Shown: positions 19,686 to 30,700 of the stretch, piece after piece | Layout: the number at the start of each line of letters is the position of its first letter | Numbering within the stretch: position 1 is the first letter of the stretch | Assembly: GCA_035389045.1 (NCBI GenBank) | Contig: DAOORA010000009.1 | Span: 62,001 to 94,951, forward strand | Source: Bacteroidales bacterium | GTDB taxonomy: Bacteria; Bacteroidota; Bacteroidia; Bacteroidales; CAIWKO01 | Reading direction: 5' to 3' | Length of the DNA: 32,951 nucleotides | Notes under the pieces: generated by a model | Told to the model about the DNA's origin: nothing | The model's input: only the letters and a program-made list of their open reading frames with translations | The model's database searches: none | Made by a program: the position numbers and the translations under genes

Positions 19686-20780
19686 TTATTCAATGATACC
19701 GCCTCCTATCAGATCCGTACCTTCGTAAAAAACCGCTGATTGTCCGGGTGTAACAGCCATGACGGGCAACTGAAAAACCACATGCACCCGATTACCTTCT
19801 TTGGTCAGAACAGCTTCTGTTCCTTTGCTATTGTACCGTATTTTAACGATGATGTTTTCAAGGCATGTAAAATCATCATATTTATTAAGAGTCAAACCTG
19901 AAACGGTGAGCTGATCCCGGTATAGTTCTTCTTTTGTGCCAAGCGTCAGGGTATTCCGGTTTGCATCAATATTTATCACATACAGCGGATGTCCGGCAGC
20001 ATAGCCGATTCCTTTCCGCTGGCCTATGGTGTAATGTATATAACCTCTGTGCTTCCCGATGGTGTTACCCATAGTGTCGAGCAGCTCACCTTCGTTTATC
20101 TGAGACATTACCTGAGGGTACTCCTTCGTAATAAATCCGCAATAATTGTTATCCGGCACAAAACATATCTCCTGACTCTCACGTTTTGACGAAAGTTGCT
20201 TATATCCCGCCTCCAGCGCCATAGCTTTGATTTGATTTTTGGTGTAACGGCTCAGTGGAAAAAGTGTTTTGCTAAGTTGTTCCGAGGTCAGCTGCCATAA
20301 AAAATAGGTTTGGTCCTTTTCAAGGTCCCGTGCAGTTTTCAGGAAAAACCTTCCGTGTTGCATACCGATACCGGCATAATGTCCGGTAGCTATATGGCTG
20401 CAACCCAACTCTTTTGCCTTTTCGAGCAACAAGCCCCACTTAATTTTGGCATTGCATATAACGCATGGGTTGGGTGTGCGGCCCGCTTGGTATTCGTCAA
20501 CAAAATTATCAATAACCAGCTTACGGAAACTATCCCTGAAATCCAGCACATGGTGTTCAAATCGGTTATGTGCTGCAAATGCTGCCGCATCATGGATGGC
20601 TTCGATGCTGCAGCATCCGGTGTTTTTTGCCAAACAGCCTTCCGCTATGTAATCCCAGGTACGGAAAGTAGCGCCAATAATTGAATATCCCTGCTCCATA
20701 AGCATCAGGCAGGCGACACTGCTGTCAACCCCGCCGCTCATCGCTACCAGAACACTTCCCTTTTGCGGCATATCATTCAT
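19686..20780 (-). CDS. mnmA: tRNA 2-thiouridine(34) synthase
   Basis: AMSGGVDSS, GRTPNPCVICN, IATGHYA, KDQTYFL, ESQEICF, YTIGQRKG and TPGQSAVFY. Confidence 0.96.
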   Translation of the reverse strand: MNDMPQKGSVLVAMSGGVDSSVACLMLMEQGYSIIGATFRTWDYIAEGCLAKNTGCCSIEAIHDAAAFAAHNRFEHHVLDFRDSFRKLVIDNFVDEYQAGRTPNPCVICNAKIKWGLLLEKAKELGCSHIATGHYAGIGMQHGRFFLKTARDLEKDQTYFLWQLTSEQLSKTLFPLSRYTKNQIKAMALEAGYKQLSSKRESQEICFVPDNNYCGFITKEYPQVMSQINEGELLDTMGNTIGKHRGYIHYTIGQRKGIGYAAGHPLYVINIDANRNTLTLGTKEELYRDQLTVSGLTLNKYDDFTCLENIIVKIRYNSKGTEAVLTKEGNRVHVVFQLPVMAVTPGQSAVFYEGTDLIGGGIIE

Positions 20781-21804
20781 ATTTTAACAGGGAAGCCCAC
20801 GACATAAAGGAATCGATCTTATCGGGATGTACCATCACTGTTTTTCCGGGATCGGGATTGAGTATCAGAACAGGATTTTCTTTTACAAAATCTTTTCTGT
20901 TTTTAACACACCACCTCGAAATGATAAAATTCGGGCTGATCCTGAAAAAATTAAACTGGTCGAGTAATTTTTCCAGTTCACCCAGCGGGGCAGAAGTTAT
21001 TACTTCCACGCCTGAATTCATTTTTACGTGGACCTCATTCATGTCAGAAAAACAATAGGCTATATCAGCCATCACCACAAATGTATAGTTACCTTTGGAC
21101 ATCACCAGTATCTCTTCTTTGACCAGTGAACCATTCTTGTAGGTTAATTTTCTGTCGCCCAGCCCTTTTTCGTCAAAGAACATCCATTCGCCATCTTTCA
21201 GATCATTCTTGTATATACCGGTAAAAAGCAACTTGCCTGAATTATAAAAATACTGAAATTTTCCGTTTAGTTTGTTGTTAACGTATGTGGATTTCTGCTT
21301 AAGGATGCTGTCGGCATAAAAATCCATACACTCGCCATTGAGCAGGTTGTTTTTGTAATTCTCCATCCTGTTTATTTTTCCATCATCATAAAAATATTTC
21401 CAAATACCTTCTTTTACACCATTTTTATAATTTTCTTCAGAAATCTTCTTTTCATTGGTACCGTAATAAATCCATAGACCGTCCTTTTTCCGGTCTACAT
21501 AAACGCCTTCTGCATTTTTCTTACCATTGTTAAAATACATGACGGTCTGCGCCCTTCGTCCGCTGTCGGAATATATTGTAAGAGCCTTTGTCTTTCCATC
21601 GGGATAAAAATATATGAATTCGCCGGTGGGTTTATCGTTGATAAAATTTCCTTCGTACTTCAGGGTGTCGCCGGCATATTTCTTCCAGTATCCCTGCTTA
21701 CGCCCGAGAGAATCGGTCTTGTTGGCGGGCTGTGCTAAGGCTGTTTGTGTGAGAACAGACAGAGAAAAAATTAATATAAAAAATTTATTAAAAGTTGGTT
21801 TCAT
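20773..21804 (-). CDS. MORN-variant repeat (YwqK-like) protein with C-terminal LytTR-like domain
   Basis: Likely start at ATG 21804 (MKPTFNKFFILIFSLSVLTQTALAQ signal peptide). Repeated G.W..Y...G MORN_2 units, then DIAYCFS...LGELEKLLDQFNFFRISPNFIIS...VMVHPDKIDSFMSW. Confidence 0.75.
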   Translation of the reverse strand: MKPTFNKFFILIFSLSVLTQTALAQPANKTDSLGRKQGYWKKYAGDTLKYEGNFINDKPTGEFIYFYPDGKTKALTIYSDSGRRAQTVMYFNNGKKNAEGVYVDRKKDGLWIYYGTNEKKISEENYKNGVKEGIWKYFYDDGKINRMENYKNNLLNGECMDFYADSILKQKSTYVNNKLNGKFQYFYNSGKLLFTGIYKNDLKDGEWMFFDEKGLGDRKLTYKNGSLVKEEILVMSKGNYTFVVMADIAYCFSDMNEVHVKMNSGVEVITSAPLGELEKLLDQFNFFRISPNFIISRWCVKNRKDFVKENPVLILNPDPGKTVMVHPDKIDSFMSWASLLKYE

Positions 21805-22384
21805 ATAAAAAATCAGCAAATTCGTTGAGATCATTAAAAACGTAATCAATCCTGTATTTATTATTTACGGCTACATCGTCTGCACGGCCAATGTACACAG
21901 CAATCATGCCAAGGTTGCCGGCCAGTTCCATATCGCTCATGGCGTCGCCCACCATAACGGCATGATCGAAGGATATTTCGGAAAAATCGGCTTTTGCCTG
22001 CCATGCCATACCCGGGGCGGGTTTGCGGTCGAAACTTCCGGCGTCTGCCAGGTGCGGGCAAAAATAAATCTTATCAATAAGACCACCACTCGATGCTATT
22101 TCCCTGCACATTTTCCGGTGAATAATGTTCAGGTCGTTTTCGGTCATCAGGCCTTTACCAATACCCTGCTGATTGGAAATAATAATCATCTTTCCAAAAA
22201 ACATTCGCAACCTCGCCAGAGATTCCTTAACCAGGGGCAGAAATTCAAATTCATCCCAGGTCTTAACGTAATCGCCGGGAAGTTTTCTGTTGATAACACC
22301 ATCACGGTCGAGAAACAAAGTCCATAAGCGGGGCTCCTGAATTTTGGGAAACATTGGAAGATCACTATTTTTATTGCTGGTCAA
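21788..22384 (-). CDS. gmhB: D-glycero-D-manno-heptose 1,7-bisphosphate phosphatase (HAD IIIA)
   Basis: LFLDRDGVIN, SNQQGIG, CPH, RKPAPGM and MVGD motifs; adjacent to gmhA. Confidence 0.88.
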   Translation of the reverse strand: MTSNKNSDLPMFPKIQEPRLWTLFLDRDGVINRKLPGDYVKTWDEFEFLPLVKESLARLRMFFGKMIIISNQQGIGKGLMTENDLNIIHRKMCREIASSGGLIDKIYFCPHLADAGSFDRKPAPGMAWQAKADFSEISFDHAVMVGDAMSDMELAGNLGMIAVYIGRADDVAVNNKYRIDYVFNDLNEFADFLYETNF

Positions 22385-22403
22385 TGACGTAAGATTTGGA
22401 CTG

Positions 22404-22985
22404 TTAATCTGTTAGTGGTTTAAAAATCTGTTCTTCCACGAGCAGGCAGAAAATATGTCCTGTCAGAATATGTGCTTCCTGAACGCGCGGCGTTTCGTCC
22501 GAAGGAATATTGATAAGAAAGTCAACCATATCTTTCATTTTTCCGCCTCCCTGTCCCGTCATTCCGACAACGGTCATATTCATTTCTTTTGCCGCATGTA
22601 TCGCATTAATGATGTTCTGCGAATTGCCTGAAGTGGAAATAGCGATCAGCATGTCTCCAGCCCGTCCTTTGGCTTTCACCAGACGGGAATATACATCGTT
22701 GTACGAATAATCGTTTGCAATAGCCGTAAGATAAGAGGTATTCACATGAAGAGCCTCTGCATCAAGAGGTTCCCGCTCGAAAGAAAAACGTCCCGACAGC
22801 TCTGCCGCTATATGCTGGGCATCGGCTGCGCTTCCACCATTGCCGCAGAGCAATATGCGGCCTTTGTTTTTAAGTATTTCTGCTGCACGGCTGCTCATTT
22901 TATCAATGGTTTCGATAAGGCGGACATCGTCAAGCATACGTTTTTTTACCGCTATGGATTCCCTGATACAGTTTTCAATTTTCAT
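22404..22985 (-). CDS. gmhA: phosphoheptose isomerase
   Basis: CGNGGSAADAQHIAAEL, ANDY, ISTSGNS and RVQEAH. Confidence 0.94.
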   Translation of the reverse strand: MKIENCIRESIAVKKRMLDDVRLIETIDKMSSRAAEILKNKGRILLCGNGGSAADAQHIAAELSGRFSFEREPLDAEALHVNTSYLTAIANDYSYNDVYSRLVKAKGRAGDMLIAISTSGNSQNIINAIHAAKEMNMTVVGMTGQGGGKMKDMVDFLINIPSDETPRVQEAHILTGHIFCLLVEEQIFKPLTD

Positions 22986-23018
22986 AATGCGTAAATATGA
23001 AGCAAAAATAGGATTTTC

Positions 23019-25067
<2,049 letters not shown>

Positions 25068-25146
25068 TCAGTGTAACATATTTATGCAAAGTTAAAAAAA
25101 AGTGCTTTGGTAAAACTGCTTAGCCGATACAGTGAGCAAAACAGAT

Positions 25147-25179
25147 AAAAAAAATGCCCCCGTATGGTAAGACGAGGGC
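25147..25179 (-). terminator. intrinsic terminator downstream of tracrRNA (possibly the 3' remnant of a second tracrRNA)
   Basis: Minus strand GCCCTCGT-CTTACCAT-ACGGGGGC-ATTTTTTTT. Confidence 0.7.
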
Positions 25180-25230
25180 GGCTTAAATGTTTAAAAAAAA
25201 TTATTATTATATTTCTATTTTAAAAAAACG

Positions 25231-25238
25231 TATATTTG
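25231..25238 (+). promoter_or_regulatory. candidate cas9 promoter -7 box (TATATTTG)
   Basis: TAnnTTTG consensus about 120 nt upstream of the cas9 ATG. Confidence 0.5.
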
Positions 25239-25243
25239 AAAGC

Positions 25244-25315
25244 AAAAAAAGCCCCACAGAGTTTGCGGGGCTCAAGAGCAAATACTCTACGGCTTATAGC
25301 CTTGTTGTGATTTGC
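25244..25315 (-). ncRNA. tracrRNA
   Basis: Minus strand: anti-repeat GCAAATCACAAC (perfect complement of the first 12 nt of the repeat), nexus AAGGCT-ATA-AGCC, hairpin AGAGTA-TT-TGCTCT and terminator AGCCCCGCA-AACTC-TGTGGGGCT-TTTTTT. TATATTTG promoter box just upstream at 25327-25320. Confidence 0.88.
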
Positions 25316-25355
25316 GCAGCAAATATAATTAAAATAATTAGACAAAAATAATATT

Positions 25356-28300
25356 ATGGCAAAAAAATTAGGATTAGATCTCGGAACAAACTCAATTGGT
25401 TGGGCAATAAGAGAAAGTGATGTAGATTTAAGAAGGCAATTTCTCATGGATTATAAAAGCTACAATGAAGAGACTGACAAAGACAAAAAAACACTTAATA
25501 ATGAATTTGTCGATTATGGAGTTGTAATATTTAAAAAAGGGGTTGGTGACGGAAAGAATGGAGAATTTTCATTGGCTGCTGAAAGAAGAACAAACAGAAG
25601 CAAGCGCAGATTATATAATGCAAAACGATACAGAAAATGGGAATTGCTTAAAATCCTCATTGAAAATAACATGTGTCCTCTAACACTGGAGGAGCTTCGT
25701 TTGTGGAGCATTGGTAACTGGAAGCAACTGGAAGGAAAATACAAGAATTCTGGAAGGATTTACCCAATAAAAAATGAATTTTTCCAGCAATGGCTTGCTT
25801 TTGATCCTACATTTTTTGGACAAAAAGGGATTTCAAATAACAATAACCTTATAAGAAAAAATCCATACGACCTACGTTGTGAACTGTTAGAAAATGAGGA
25901 AGAAAATGACAATCTAAAAAAATTGAAAACAGGCAGGGCATTCTATCATTTAGTGCAAAGACGAGGTTTTAAATCTAGCAGAAAAAGCGGGCAATCTGCT
26001 TATGCAAAAAATGAAGATATTGAAAAATTAAAATCAGAAAAGCCCGATTTTCAAATTTCAATTTTGGCAAAAAACAAATTAGATAACGGGGAACGCTTTC
26101 GTTCAAGTGGTGTAATCCAAAGGAAATACTTTGAAGATGAATTTTATGCAATTTGCAGAAAACAAAATCTCAGTAATGATTTAACAGAAAAACTTCATAA
26201 TGCGATTTATTTTGTCAGGCCACTCCGGTCACAAAAAGGATTAGTTGGTAACTGCACATTAGAAAAAGGTAAGCCAAGAATACCCATAAGCCATCCAAAA
26301 TTTGAAGAGTTCAGAGCATTACAGTTTATAAATAATATTAAATGGCGAGAAAATGGTAAAAAAGAATTTATCGAAATACCCATGCTTCTAAAGAAAAAGA
26401 TATTTGAAGAATTATTTTTCAGAAAGTTAGAAAAAGGGCAAAACAAAGGAAAAATAAGCCTTGAAAACTATTTTAAATTTGAAGAAATAATTAAAGATTT
26501 TTCAGAAAATGGGCTTTATGAATTTAATTACAGAAATTTACCCAATGTATCTACTTGTCCAACGATTGCAGCATTAATGAACATATTTGATACAGATTGG
26601 AGTGAGAAATTCATACAAGACAAAAACAAAATCGGCATTAATTGGGACGGTCTGCAAATTAAGTACACTCCAAAATATGGCAAAATAAAGAGAAAGATAA
26701 AAGATGGTAAAAAATTGTATGTTAATAAGGACTTTTGGGAAAAAACATTAAGAATTGATGATATATGGCATTTACTGTTTGATTATATACAAACTAACGA
26801 TAATGCTGAAAAATTAGAAAAATTTTGCACTGAAGTATTAGGCTTTGACGAAAATAAAGCAAAAGCATTTTCATCTATTGATATACCACAAGGCTATGGT
26901 TCATTAAGTTACAAAGCTATTTCAAATATTCTCCCATTTCTGCGAGATGGTATCATCTATTCCGAAGCAGTATTATTTGCTAACTTAAAAAAAGCCTTAG
27001 GGCCTCAATTTGAAGAAAAAAAAGAACAAGCAAAAATAATAATTACTAAAACTATTAAAGAGACAGGAGAAAAAAAGGAATTACTGAATATCACAAATGG
27101 GCTTATACAAAACTTTTTCGCCGATACTGAAATGACTCACGCAAAAGGTTTTGATGACATCATCAAAGAGATGGCCTGGCATGACACCACTAACAAACTG
27201 AAAAAACACTTTGGCGAAAACGATTGGAATAAAAAAACTGAAACCGAGAAAAAAACAATTGAGAATGAAGTTTTAACTTTATATCTGCGCTTTTTAAACG
27301 GTGAACAAAGCAAAGACGAAAAAGCTTCTGCAAAAAATAATAAGGAACCAGATATAGATTATTACAAAATACCACGACTTGATGAAGCAATTAAACTCAA
27401 CCTGAAATCCGGTTTAAATCTGGATGATAAAAACTTGAAATATTTGTATCACCCTTCTGATATTGAAATGTACCCTGCATCAAAAACAGAAAAAGAATTT
27501 GAAATAAATGGGTATAATCATTTCATCAAATTATTGGAAAGCCCCCAGCCCCCGAGCAAAGGCTGGAAAAACCCAATGGCTATGCGAACCCTTCATGAAC
27601 TCAGGCATCTTTTAAATTATCTTTTAAAAATCGGAAAGATTGACAAGGATACCAAAATAATCGTGGAAATGGCGAGGGAATTAAATACTAAAAACTATCG
27701 AAAAGCATATTCAAATTGGACTAAAGATAAGGATAATGAAAATATTAATTGTAAAAAAAGCATACTTGAATTATATGGAATTACAGACCCATCTATAAAT
27801 GATTATAATAAATACCGAATAGCAGTTGAACAAATAATAAACCATGAATTATCTGAAAATAAAAATCCAATATTCTATCATAAGTATAATAATTTCATAG
27901 AAACCTATCTGAAAACAATAAGCATCTCTGATAAAAATAAAGATATTTTGATGAGCGATGAATTTTATGATTATTTAATGTATCTTATTTTAAATAGAGA
28001 CGAATTTAGAAAGATGCTTAATTTCAAAATACCTAATACAAGCAAATGGTATCATCAATTAATATCTACTTCATTTAATTTTGACAAAAAGCGAAAAGAA
28101 TTATTGGAAATGCTTTTAAAATACAGATTATGGAAAGAACAAAAATTTCAGTGTTTTTATACTGGACAATATATTTCACTTACGCAATTATTTTCAGCTA
28201 ACTATCAAATCGAACATACAATTCCGAGAAGCATTTCTTTTGATTCCGAACTAAAAAATGTTACAGTATGTGATTCTATTTATAATAGTCAGGTTAAAAA

Positions 28301-30146
28301 AAACTGTTTCCCAACCGATTGTCTTAATTATTATGAAATGAGAGAATGTAAAACGGTTAATGGTGTCATGAAATGCTCACCAATAAAAGAAAGAGTTGAC
28401 AAAAATATCCTACCAAAAGTTAAAGAATTATACACAAGAATTAAAAATCTTGAGGTTATCAACATTGGATTAATTGATGAAGAAAAGAGAAATGCAAATA
28501 TTCAATTAAGGCATTATTTACAATTTGAATTGGAATATTGGGAAAAAAAACTTATAACTTTTACAATAACTAAAGATAAGTGGAAAGATAAATGGAAAAA
28601 CAGCCAATTAACAGACACTCAAATAATTTCAAAATATGCACGAGCTTATCTAAAAACAGTTTTCGAAAAAGTTGATGTTCAAAAAGGAACCGTTACCAAT
28701 GTTTTTAAAAAAATATATCAAATAAAAGGTGATGAACAAAAAGACCGCAGTAAACACAGCCATCATGCAGTTGATGCTGCCGTGCTAACTTTAATACCCG
28801 GGTCTGCCATACGGGAAGCCATTCTGAAAGAATACTACAAAGCTGAAGAAAACATGCAGAAATACCACACAATACCATACGAAAAATACATTTCATCGCA
28901 TGTTCACGATATTGAAAATAACATCCTCATCAACCACATTGTGCATAATAAAACTCTAACTGCAACACTCAAAAACATAAGAAAACGTGGCAATAAAACC
29001 GGCAAAACAGCTAATGGAGATAGTATCAAGGGGCAGCTTCATGAGGAAACTTATTTAGGGGCAATTAAACCAAATATATTTAATGTAAAAGGTAAAGCAA
29101 TTAAAGATTCTGAAACCGGCAAATATCTAAATAAACAGATAAATGGAGATGATGTTATTTGGGTTGTTCAAAGAAAAAATATTAATGATGTAGATATAGA
29201 TGCCATTGTTGATGAAGCCTTAAAAAATCATATTAAATCACAGTTGGCAAATAAAATCGAAATTAAGGATGTTAAAGACTTTGCAGACAAGCAGATTCGA
29301 CATATTCGATTCAAGAAATTTTCGCCTTCTTATGACAAAACTTTAAAAGTAAAATCACACACATACAGCTCAAAATACAAACATAAATTGCTATATCTGA
29401 CGAATAACGATTCTAATTATCTATGCTTATTTTATAAAGGAGTAGATAATAGAAATCGAGAAATCAAAGCATTTAAATTCATAAACCTATTTGAATTCTC
29501 AAATTTGGAGAATAAAAAAATATCTTCACTGTCTAGTAATCCAAAATATAATGTTTTTATTAAAATCAATAGGAACAACGAATTTCATTTGTATTTAACA
29601 AATATTATTAATGTTGGGCAAAAAGTAATTATGTATAAAGATTCAATTGATGAAATTGCCAGGCAAAACTTAGTAGATTTATCTAATAAAATATATCGTG
29701 TTTATAAATTTAACAATTCAGGTACTGATTATATCTTTTTACAAAATATAATCGAAGCTAGAAATGATGATGATTTAAAAAAAGCAGGGTATAAAACTGA
29801 AGGTGAAACTGAATATAATCCTTCAAAATACCAACCCAGGCTTAAATTAAGTGCCGATAACTTAAATTGTCTTTTTGAAAATATTGATTTTGAAATAAAA
29901 CCAGATGGTACAATTAATTGGAAATCAGATAATAATAATTCTACTGAAGAACCTTCTGCCCAATATACTTCACCAAAAAAAATCACAGTATCTCAATCAC
30001 CAGAAGATGCCGAAAATTCCCAACTCGATTACTGGGCAAAACTCACGCCCGAACAACGATTTGAAAAGTTTCTGGAATTAATGAACCGCTTCTACAAATT
30101 TGTTAAACCCGATTGGTCAACAAAAAAAATAATCCTTGATTTATGA
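25356..30146 (+). CDS. cas9: type II-C CRISPR nuclease Cas9 (1596 aa) with C-terminal extension
   Basis: RuvC-I LGLDLGTNSIGWA, Arg-rich bridge helix, RuvC-II IVEMAREL, HNH CFYTG...IEHTIPRS...N...YNSQVK and RuvC-III HSHHAVDA. Catalytic residues appear intact. Confidence 0.97.
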   Translation: MAKKLGLDLGTNSIGWAIRESDVDLRRQFLMDYKSYNEETDKDKKTLNNEFVDYGVVIFKKGVGDGKNGEFSLAAERRTNRSKRRLYNAKRYRKWELLKILIENNMCPLTLEELRLWSIGNWKQLEGKYKNSGRIYPIKNEFFQQWLAFDPTFFGQKGISNNNNLIRKNPYDLRCELLENEEENDNLKKLKTGRAFYHLVQRRGFKSSRKSGQSAYAKNEDIEKLKSEKPDFQISILAKNKLDNGERFRSSGVIQRKYFEDEFYAICRKQNLSNDLTEKLHNAIYFVRPLRSQKGLVGNCTLEKGKPRIPISHPKFEEFRALQFINNIKWRENGKKEFIEIPMLLKKKIFEELFFRKLEKGQNKGKISLENYFKFEEIIKDFSENGLYEFNYRNLPNVSTCPTIAALMNIFDTDWSEKFIQDKNKIGINWDGLQIKYTPKYGKIKRKIKDGKKLYVNKDFWEKTLRIDDIWHLLFDYIQTNDNAEKLEKFCTEVLGFDENKAKAFSSIDIPQGYGSLSYKAISNILPFLRDGIIYSEAVLFANLKKALGPQFEEKKEQAKIIITKTIKETGEKKELLNITNGLIQNFFADTEMTHAKGFDDIIKEMAWHDTTNKLKKHFGENDWNKKTETEKKTIENEVLTLYLRFLNGEQSKDEKASAKNNKEPDIDYYKIPRLDEAIKLNLKSGLNLDDKNLKYLYHPSDIEMYPASKTEKEFEINGYNHFIKLLESPQPPSKGWKNPMAMRTLHELRHLLNYLLKIGKIDKDTKIIVEMARELNTKNYRKAYSNWTKDKDNENINCKKSILELYGITDPSINDYNKYRIAVEQIINHELSENKNPIFYHKYNNFIETYLKTISISDKNKDILMSDEFYDYLMYLILNRDEFRKMLNFKIPNTSKWYHQLISTSFNFDKKRKELLEMLLKYRLWKEQKFQCFYTGQYISLTQLFSANYQIEHTIPRSISFDSELKNVTVCDSIYNSQVKKNCFPTDCLNYYEMRECKTVNGVMKCSPIKERVDKNILPKVKELYTRIKNLEVINIGLIDEEKRNANIQLRHYLQFELEYWEKKLITFTITKDKWKDKWKNSQLTDTQIISKYARAYLKTVFEKVDVQKGTVTNVFKKIYQIKGDEQKDRSKHSHHAVDAAVLTLIPGSAIREAILKEYYKAEENMQKYHTIPYEKYISSHVHDIENNILINHIVHNKTLTATLKNIRKRGNKTGKTANGDSIKGQLHEETYLGAIKPNIFNVKGKAIKDSETGKYLNKQINGDDVIWVVQRKNINDVDIDAIVDEALKNHIKSQLANKIEIKDVKDFADKQIRHIRFKKFSPSYDKTLKVKSHTYSSKYKHKLLYLTNNDSNYLCLFYKGVDNRNREIKAFKFINLFEFSNLENKKISSLSSNPKYNVFIKINRNNEFHLYLTNIINVGQKVIMYKDSIDEIARQNLVDLSNKIYRVYKFNNSGTDYIFLQNIIEARNDDDLKKAGYKTEGETEYNPSKYQPRLKLSADNLNCLFENIDFEIKPDGTINWKSDNNNSTEEPSAQYTSPKKITVSQSPEDAENSQLDYWAKLTPEQRFEKFLELMNRFYKFVKPDWSTKKIILDL

Positions 30147-30613
30147 ATATAACACACCCGGCACATCAGGAAATGCTCGCTGCTTTACTCGAAAACAAGG
30201 TGGATTTTATCCTTGTCGGCGGATATGCCGTGATATACCACGGCTATATCAGAACTACAGGAGATATGGACGTATGGCTGCGCCCCACCGAAAACAACAA
30301 AACAAAACTGATAGAAGTATTTACACGATTGAAATTCAATCCTGACGACATCAACCTTATTGAAAAATTAGACTTCAGCGGCGTTGTAATTTTCCATATA
30401 GGTGCAGAACCTGACCGTATTGATTTTTTAACCCGTGTTGATGGATTAAATTTCGAAGAAGCCTTTAACACCAGGGTTTTTCTTAAAATAGGTGATTATG
30501 AAATTCCCATCCTGAAATTTGAGGATTTGATAACAAACAAAATAATCACCGGCCGCCTCAAAGACAAAGCTGATATAGAACAACTCAATATGATCAGGAA
30601 AAGAAAGAAATAG
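30143..30613 (+). CDS. minimal nucleotidyltransferase (DUF6036/AbiEii-like, Pol-beta superfamily)
   Basis: LVGGYAVIYHGYIRTTGDMDVW (GG...DxD), RIDFL and DLITNKIITGRLKDKADIEQL. The start overlaps the cas9 stop (ATGA). Confidence 0.85.
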   Translation: MNITHPAHQEMLAALLENKVDFILVGGYAVIYHGYIRTTGDMDVWLRPTENNKTKLIEVFTRLKFNPDDINLIEKLDFSGVVIFHIGAEPDRIDFLTRVDGLNFEEAFNTRVFLKIGDYEIPILKFEDLITNKIITGRLKDKADIEQLNMIRKRKK

Positions 30614-30700
30614 ATGTCACCTCAGAGCAATAACAAAGTGAGTTTTTAAGTGCTGGTGAAAGACGTAGGCCATAAGTGATACCATAAAGAATACTGCGAC

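Noticed and set aside
20773..21804. YwqK 'antitoxin' as part of a toxin-antitoxin pair
   Set aside because: That label only reflects MORN-variant repeats. The neighbours are gmhB and mnmA, and no toxin gene is adjacent.
25316..25355. Long-form tracrRNA acting as a natural single guide against the cas9 promoter
   Set aside because: No repeat-like segment lies upstream of the anti-repeat, and the promoter box sits immediately 5' of it.
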